Source: Dehalococcoidia bacterium (GTDB taxonomy: Bacteria > Chloroflexota > Dehalococcoidia > Lucifugimonadales > Australimonadaceae). From it: a stretch of DNA of 64,000 nucleotides. The stretch's first letter is position 1; the number at the start of each line of letters is the position of its first letter. Below, in pieces: positions 59,470 through 64,000 of this stretch. The notes beneath the pieces are model-generated. The model made no database searches. It had not been told where the DNA came from and saw only the letters and a program-made list of their open reading frames with translations. A program made the translations under genes and the position numbers. The stretch lies in contig OZ241751.1 in the NCBI GenBank assembly GCA_965201135.1, forward strand, positions 771,663 to 835,662, written 5' to 3'.

Positions 59470-60035
59470 CGGCGCTTGCGCGCCTCAATGGGGACATCAT
59501 TCCTGCCTACGCGGGAATGACGGAACGCTACGCGCCCCGACCGCAGCGCCCTCTCCCGCCGCGTTCGCGGCGTCCTCTCCCCTTATAGGGAGAGGGGGAA
59601 TTCGGCGCTTGCGCGCCCTTGTCCGTCATTCCTGCGTAGGCAGGAATCCATTCGGCGCGCTAGCGCCATGACGGGGCGCGTTGCGCCCCGTCTCCCCTGA
59701 TCCCCAGGCGCCTCGTCATTCCCGCGAAAGCGGGAACCTACCCCATGCGCCTCGACCGCAGTACCCTCACCCGCCGCGTTCGCGGCGTCCTCTCCCCTTA
59801 TAGGGGAATGCGGTGCTTGCGCGCCCTTTTGTCCGTCATTCCTGCGTAGGCAGGAATCCATTCGACGCGCTAGCGCCATGACGGGGCGCGTTGCGCCCCG
59901 TCTCCCCTGATCCCCAGGCGCCTCGTCATTCCCGCGAAAGCGGGAACCTACCCCATGCGCCTCGACCGCAGTGCCCTCACCCGCCGCGTTCGCGGCGTCC
60001 TCTCCCCTTATAGGGAGAGGGGGAATTCGGCGCCC
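59470..60035. repeat. REP-like repeat cluster with a ~209-bp tandem duplication
   Basis: 59602-59807 is nearly identical to 59811-60014. Confidence 0.9.
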
Positions 60036-60070
60036 GCCGTTCGGCGCCCCGCGTGCTAGAGTGCGCCCTT

Positions 60071-61360
60071 ATGCAGCGCCCGTCCGCCCCAGTAGGCCGC
60101 CTTCCGAGGCTGTGGCCGTCCCGCTTCTACTACGGCTGGGCCATCGTCTGGGCGAGTTTTCTCATATCCGTCGCGCAGGTTCCGATGTACGGGCCCGTGT
60201 TCTCCGTGTTCGTGAAGCCGATAGGCGACGACCTGGGCTGGTCGCGCTCCACGATCACGGTCGCGTTCACGGTCGGCAGTCTGGGCGGAGCGCTGCTCGC
60301 GGCGGGCGTCGGGCCGCTGCTTGACCGCTACGGGGCGCGGGGCGTGATGGCCGCGACCGGCGTGATCGTCGCGGGGGGAATGCTCGGCGTCGCGGCGATG
60401 AGCGAGCCGTGGCACTTTTGGCTCGCCTACGGCGCGGCGCGGACGGCGGCCGTCGCGGGCGTGAGCCTCGGAACGACGGTCGCCATCGCCAACTGGTTCA
60501 TCCGGATGCGCGGGCGCGCCATCGCGGTGCGAGCCGCCGGACAGCGCGGAGGGCAAGCGCTCGTTCCGCTCCTCATTCTGCCCGTTCTGCTCACGTTCGG
60601 TTGGCGCGAGGCGTTCGCCGCGCTCGCCGTCTCCGCGCTGCTTCTCGTGACGATTCCCTCGCTCTTGACGATTCGCCGCCGTCCCGAGGACTTCGGGCTG
60701 CGCCCCGACGGCGACGCGAGGGAGGGCGCGTCCGCGTCCGGCGCCGGCCCTGCGGGCGAGCCGTCGTGGACGCTGGGCGAAGCGCGGAGGACGCGGACGC
60801 TGTGGGCGGTGACGGCGGGGATGTCGTGCGGCATCGCGGCGCAGATCGCCATCAACGTCCACGCGGCGCCGAACTTTCAGGACAAAGGCTTGTCGGAGGG
60901 GCTGACGGTCACGATCGTGAGCGTCTTCACCGGCGTCGCCGCCCTGTCTATGGCGGGATGGGGGGCGCTGCTGGAGCGCGTTCACGTCCGCTGGGCGAGC
61001 ATGGGCGCGATGGCGCTTTTCGCCGCCGCGATGGGCGTTCTGCTGATCGCGGATACGTATCCGACGGCGCTCCTCTTCGCCGTTCTCTTCGGGCTGGGCA
61101 CCGGAGGCTGGACGGTGGCGCAGATGATTATGATTCCGAACTACTTCGGGCGGCTGCACGCGGGAGCGATCAAGGGGTTCGTGTCGCCCATCGAGGGCGT
61201 CGTTGGGATCAGCGGCCCGCTGATCGCGGCGATGGTGTTCGACGCGGCGGGCAGTTACGACTTGGCGTTCGCCGGGGCGGCGGCGCTGTTCGCGGCGGGC
61301 TTCGCCGCGTTCTACGCGGCCAAGCCGCCAGGCGCGCCCCCAAGCGACGCGACGCTCTGA
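60071..61360 (+). CDS. MFS transporter (OFA/MCT-like)
   Basis: FYYGWAIV, GPLLDRYGAR, ANWFIRMRGRA, RRRPEDFGLRPDG, NYFGRLHAGAI. Confidence 0.93.
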   Translation: MQRPSAPVGRLPRLWPSRFYYGWAIVWASFLISVAQVPMYGPVFSVFVKPIGDDLGWSRSTITVAFTVGSLGGALLAAGVGPLLDRYGARGVMAATGVIVAGGMLGVAAMSEPWHFWLAYGAARTAAVAGVSLGTTVAIANWFIRMRGRAIAVRAAGQRGGQALVPLLILPVLLTFGWREAFAALAVSALLLVTIPSLLTIRRRPEDFGLRPDGDAREGASASGAGPAGEPSWTLGEARRTRTLWAVTAGMSCGIAAQIAINVHAAPNFQDKGLSEGLTVTIVSVFTGVAALSMAGWGALLERVHVRWASMGAMALFAAAMGVLLIADTYPTALLFAVLFGLGTGGWTVAQMIMIPNYFGRLHAGAIKGFVSPIEGVVGISGPLIAAMVFDAAGSYDLAFAGAAALFAAGFAAFYAAKPPGAPPSDATL

Positions 61361-61537
61361 GGCAGGCTTGACAGTCCCGGACGGCGCCATTGCGCCATTA
61401 AAGAATGGCCGCCGCAGCCTATTGCGCTGAGGGATTCGAGCGCCGTATCATCGCCGACCAAGCGCTGAAGACGAGCGTAATCGCTCCGCCGTCCGCGCCC
61501 CAAGCCGCTTTCGCTGTTCACTGGGAGGAGGGGCAGC

Positions 61538-63607
61538 GTGAGGTTCGCGCGTGATCGGGCGTCATTGGCGTTTGCCGTCGCGCTGAGCGCGGGGGCAAGC
61601 GCGCTGGCTGCGCTCGCGCTCATGGAATCGCCCGCCGCAGGGCAGACGGGCGGCGAATTCGCCGACGTCGCGCCGCAGTTCCCCCTCCGGCAAGGCGCCA
61701 CGATCATCTCCTGCGTGACCGGCGCGGAATGCGGCGAATCGCTGCCTCCCGCATCCGGCGGCAATCCGCCCCTCCGCTACTCGCTCGCCGACCCGTCGTC
61801 CCTCCCGGACGGCCTATCCTTCGCGACGTCCACCCGCGCCTTCTCCGGCGCGCCGACCAGCGTCGGCCAGAGCAGCCATACGCTCCGCGTGACCGACGTG
61901 GACGGCGACTCCGACACGCTCGCCTTCTCCATCGCCGTCGCCGCCGGGCCGACCCCGACGCCCACGTCCACGCCTACGCCTACCGCAACCCCCACGCCTA
62001 CGCCTACCGCGACGCCGACGCCGAGGCCCGACACGCAGCCGTCGTTCGGCGGGCAGTCCATCCCAGATCAGACGTGGACGGCGGGCGAGCGGATCGTCAA
62101 TCTCCAGTTGCCCGAGTCGACCGGCGGGAACGGCGTTCCGCTGTATTCCCTGTCGCCCGGCCTCCCGGACGGCGTAGCGCGAGAAGCGCAAGAGAACATC
62201 CATTATCTCTACGGAACGCCGAGCTCCGCTTTCGCCAAGACGCTGTTCACATGGAAGTCGCAGGACAACGACGGCGATGCGGTCGAACTCACGTTCCACG
62301 TCATCGTCCTCGCCTCGGGAGGCCCGACCGCTACGCCCACGCCTACGCCAACCGCAACCGCCACGCCCACGCCAACGCCGACGCCTACTGCAACCCCCAC
62401 GCCCACGCCCACCGCAACTGCGACACCTACCCCTACTGCAACCGCGACGCCTACGCCGACCGCCACTCCTACCCCTACGCCATCGCCCACGGCGACGCCT
62501 ACTCCCACCGCGACGCCTACGCCGACCCCGGTGGCTGAGATCCTCGTCCTCACGCGTGAAGTCGTCGAAACCGCGACGCCTACTCCTACGCCCACGGCGA
62601 CGCCTACTCCTACGCCGACCCCGGTGGCTGAGATCCTCGTCCTCACGCGTGAAGTCGTCGAAACCGCGACGCCAACGTCTACCCCGACCGCCACGCCTAC
62701 GCCTACCGCGGTCCCATCGTCCGTCCGCGTGCTCGCCGCCGAATACGATCCGCCGCCAACGCCTACTCCTACGCCAACGCCCACGCCTACACCGTCCCCT
62801 ACGCCAACGCCTACTCCTACGCCAACGCCCACGCCTACACCGTCCCCTACGCCATCGCCTACTCCTACTCCCACTCCTACCCCTACGCCTACACCATCCC
62901 CTACGCCTACTCCGTCGCCAACACCTACCCCAACGCCATCGCCTACTCCTACTCCGAAGCCAACGCCAACACCTACCCCAACGCCAACGCCAACGCCTAC
63001 TCCTACTCCTACTCCTACCGCCGCTCATCGTTCGGCGCCGCGGACTGACGCGCCGCCGGCGCCGACGCCTACGCCCACGCCGGCGGCGGCGGAAGAGCCG
63101 CGCTTCCCGCTTGCTCCGCCGGGCGTGTCCGCTCCTACGCCAACCTCCGAAGGGGCGCCCTCGCCGTCCGGGCCCGGTCAGATCAGCCCGCCGCCGCCGT
63201 CGCGGGACGGACCGGGTCGTCTATCGCCTCCGTCGGCGGACTCGACGGCGACCCCGGTGGCCGGCCCGCCCGGGACATGGAGCGCGAGCGTGCAGCCGAC
63301 GCCGACGCCCTTGCGGCAAGGGCGCCTCGCGCCCCCGGAAGGCGCCGCGTCCGGCGGCTCCTCGCCTAGCGGGCCCGGAGACGCGAGCGGCGTTGGAGAC
63401 GGCGGGCCCGGAGGCGCGAGCGGCGTCGGAGAGGGCGGATCGCCGGCCTCGACGGGCGGCGGCGGGGGCGGCGCGGCGCTTGGGAGTTGGCTGCTGCTGG
63501 CGGCGCTGCTCCTGCTGCTGCTGGCGCTGGCGCGGCGGAGCAGACGTCGGGCGCGTCGAGCGTTGCGCGCGGTCAGGCGGCGCTTCGGGAGAGCGGCGTT
63601 CGCGTAG
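61538..63607 (+). CDS. surface protein with two putative Ig-like domains, long (PT)n stalk and C-terminal membrane anchor
   Basis: Signal peptide; LP.ASGGN.PL.YSL...LPDG...GxP repeats; TPTP runs; [18 protein letters not shown] followed by an Arg-rich tail. Confidence 0.85.
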   Translation: MRFARDRASLAFAVALSAGASALAALALMESPAAGQTGGEFADVAPQFPLRQGATIISCVTGAECGESLPPASGGNPPLRYSLADPSSLPDGLSFATSTRAFSGAPTSVGQSSHTLRVTDVDGDSDTLAFSIAVAAGPTPTPTSTPTPTATPTPTPTATPTPRPDTQPSFGGQSIPDQTWTAGERIVNLQLPESTGGNGVPLYSLSPGLPDGVAREAQENIHYLYGTPSSAFAKTLFTWKSQDNDGDAVELTFHVIVLASGGPTATPTPTPTATATPTPTPTPTATPTPTPTATATPTPTATATPTPTATPTPTPSPTATPTPTATPTPTPVAEILVLTREVVETATPTPTPTATPTPTPTPVAEILVLTREVVETATPTSTPTATPTPTAVPSSVRVLAAEYDPPPTPTPTPTPTPTPSPTPTPTPTPTPTPTPSPTPSPTPTPTPTPTPTPSPTPTPSPTPTPTPSPTPTPKPTPTPTPTPTPTPTPTPTPTAAHRSAPRTDAPPAPTPTPTPAAAEEPRFPLAPPGVSAPTPTSEGAPSPSGPGQISPPPPSRDGPGRLSPPSADSTATPVAGPPGTWSASVQPTPTPLRQGRLAPPEGAASGGSSPSGPGDASGVGDGGPGGASGVGEGGSPASTGGGGGGAALGSWLLLAALLLLLLALARRSRRRARRALRAVRRRFGRAAFA

Positions 63608-63675
63608 GCGGCGGGCTAGGCGCAGGGTAGGCGCTGCATCATCGCCGAGGCGGCGCCCGCCTATTCCCGTTTCTG

Positions 63676-64000
63676 TTACCTGTCTTGCGCCGGCAGCGCG
63701 ACGACCGCCTCGCCCGTCGTCGTTCGGACGCCGGCGCCGTTCTCAATCCAGATTTCGCAGCGCGCCGTCCCCGCCGCCTCGTCCTTCTCGACGACCTTGC
63801 CCCGGCAAGCGAGGACATCGCCGGGGACATCCATCTCGCGGTAGCGGACGGAGAGCGACAGCAACCGCCCCTCCGGGCCCGCCCAGTCGGTCATCAACTG
63901 ACCGAGGAACGCGCTCTTCAGCGCGCCGTGCAAGATCACGCCGGGCAGACCTTGCGCGTTGGCGAAATCCTTGTCGTAGTGGATTTCGTAGAAGTCGCCG
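63676..64000 (-). CDS. MaoC family dehydratase (3' part; begins beyond the window)
   Basis: GDFYEIHYDKDFA..QGLPGVILHGAL...PGDVLAC.G. Confidence 0.88.
   Translation of the reverse strand, partial: GDFYEIHYDKDFANAQGLPGVILHGALKSAFLGQLMTDWAGPEGRLLSLSVRYREMDVPGDVLACRGKVVEKDEAAGTARCEIWIENGAGVRTTTGEAVVALPAQDR

Overview
64 kb of a high-GC bacterial chromosome. Gene content suggests Chloroflexota/Dehalococcoidia (SAR202-like), possibly host-associated; this is inference only. Housekeeping and metabolic genes (uvrA, leuB, an orphan atpC, rex, phoU, tal-rpiB, ruvB, prs, three tRNAs, three MFS transporters, acyl-CoA genes) are separated by dense mosaics of palindromic REP-like repeats. A nested mobile-DNA system lives on those repeats. 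It includes two inverted 1206-bp IS5-family copies with 5-bp target duplications and four ~100-bp MITEs with the same termini, placed in the loop of one repeat hairpin. It also includes an IS30 inserted into another repeat module, which supplies the transposase stop codon, and IS481 remnants. Defence genes are partly decayed (IS-split mcrB, a displaced mcrC 3' fragment, frameshifted brnT) beside an intact single-chain N6-adenine R-M enzyme and an Nmad3 + DprA/SMF gene pair. Other notable signals: a probable UGA-recoded Uxx-star glutaredoxin selenoprotein, two copies of an element with ten 11-bp-phased GCGCTCA boxes around a promoter, a membrane-protein gene whose SD-preceded C-terminal module is duplicated as a separate mini-gene, an SdhA-like flavoprotein lacking two conserved histidines, and several apparently leaderless genes. 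All family calls come from motif recognition by eye; no searches were run.
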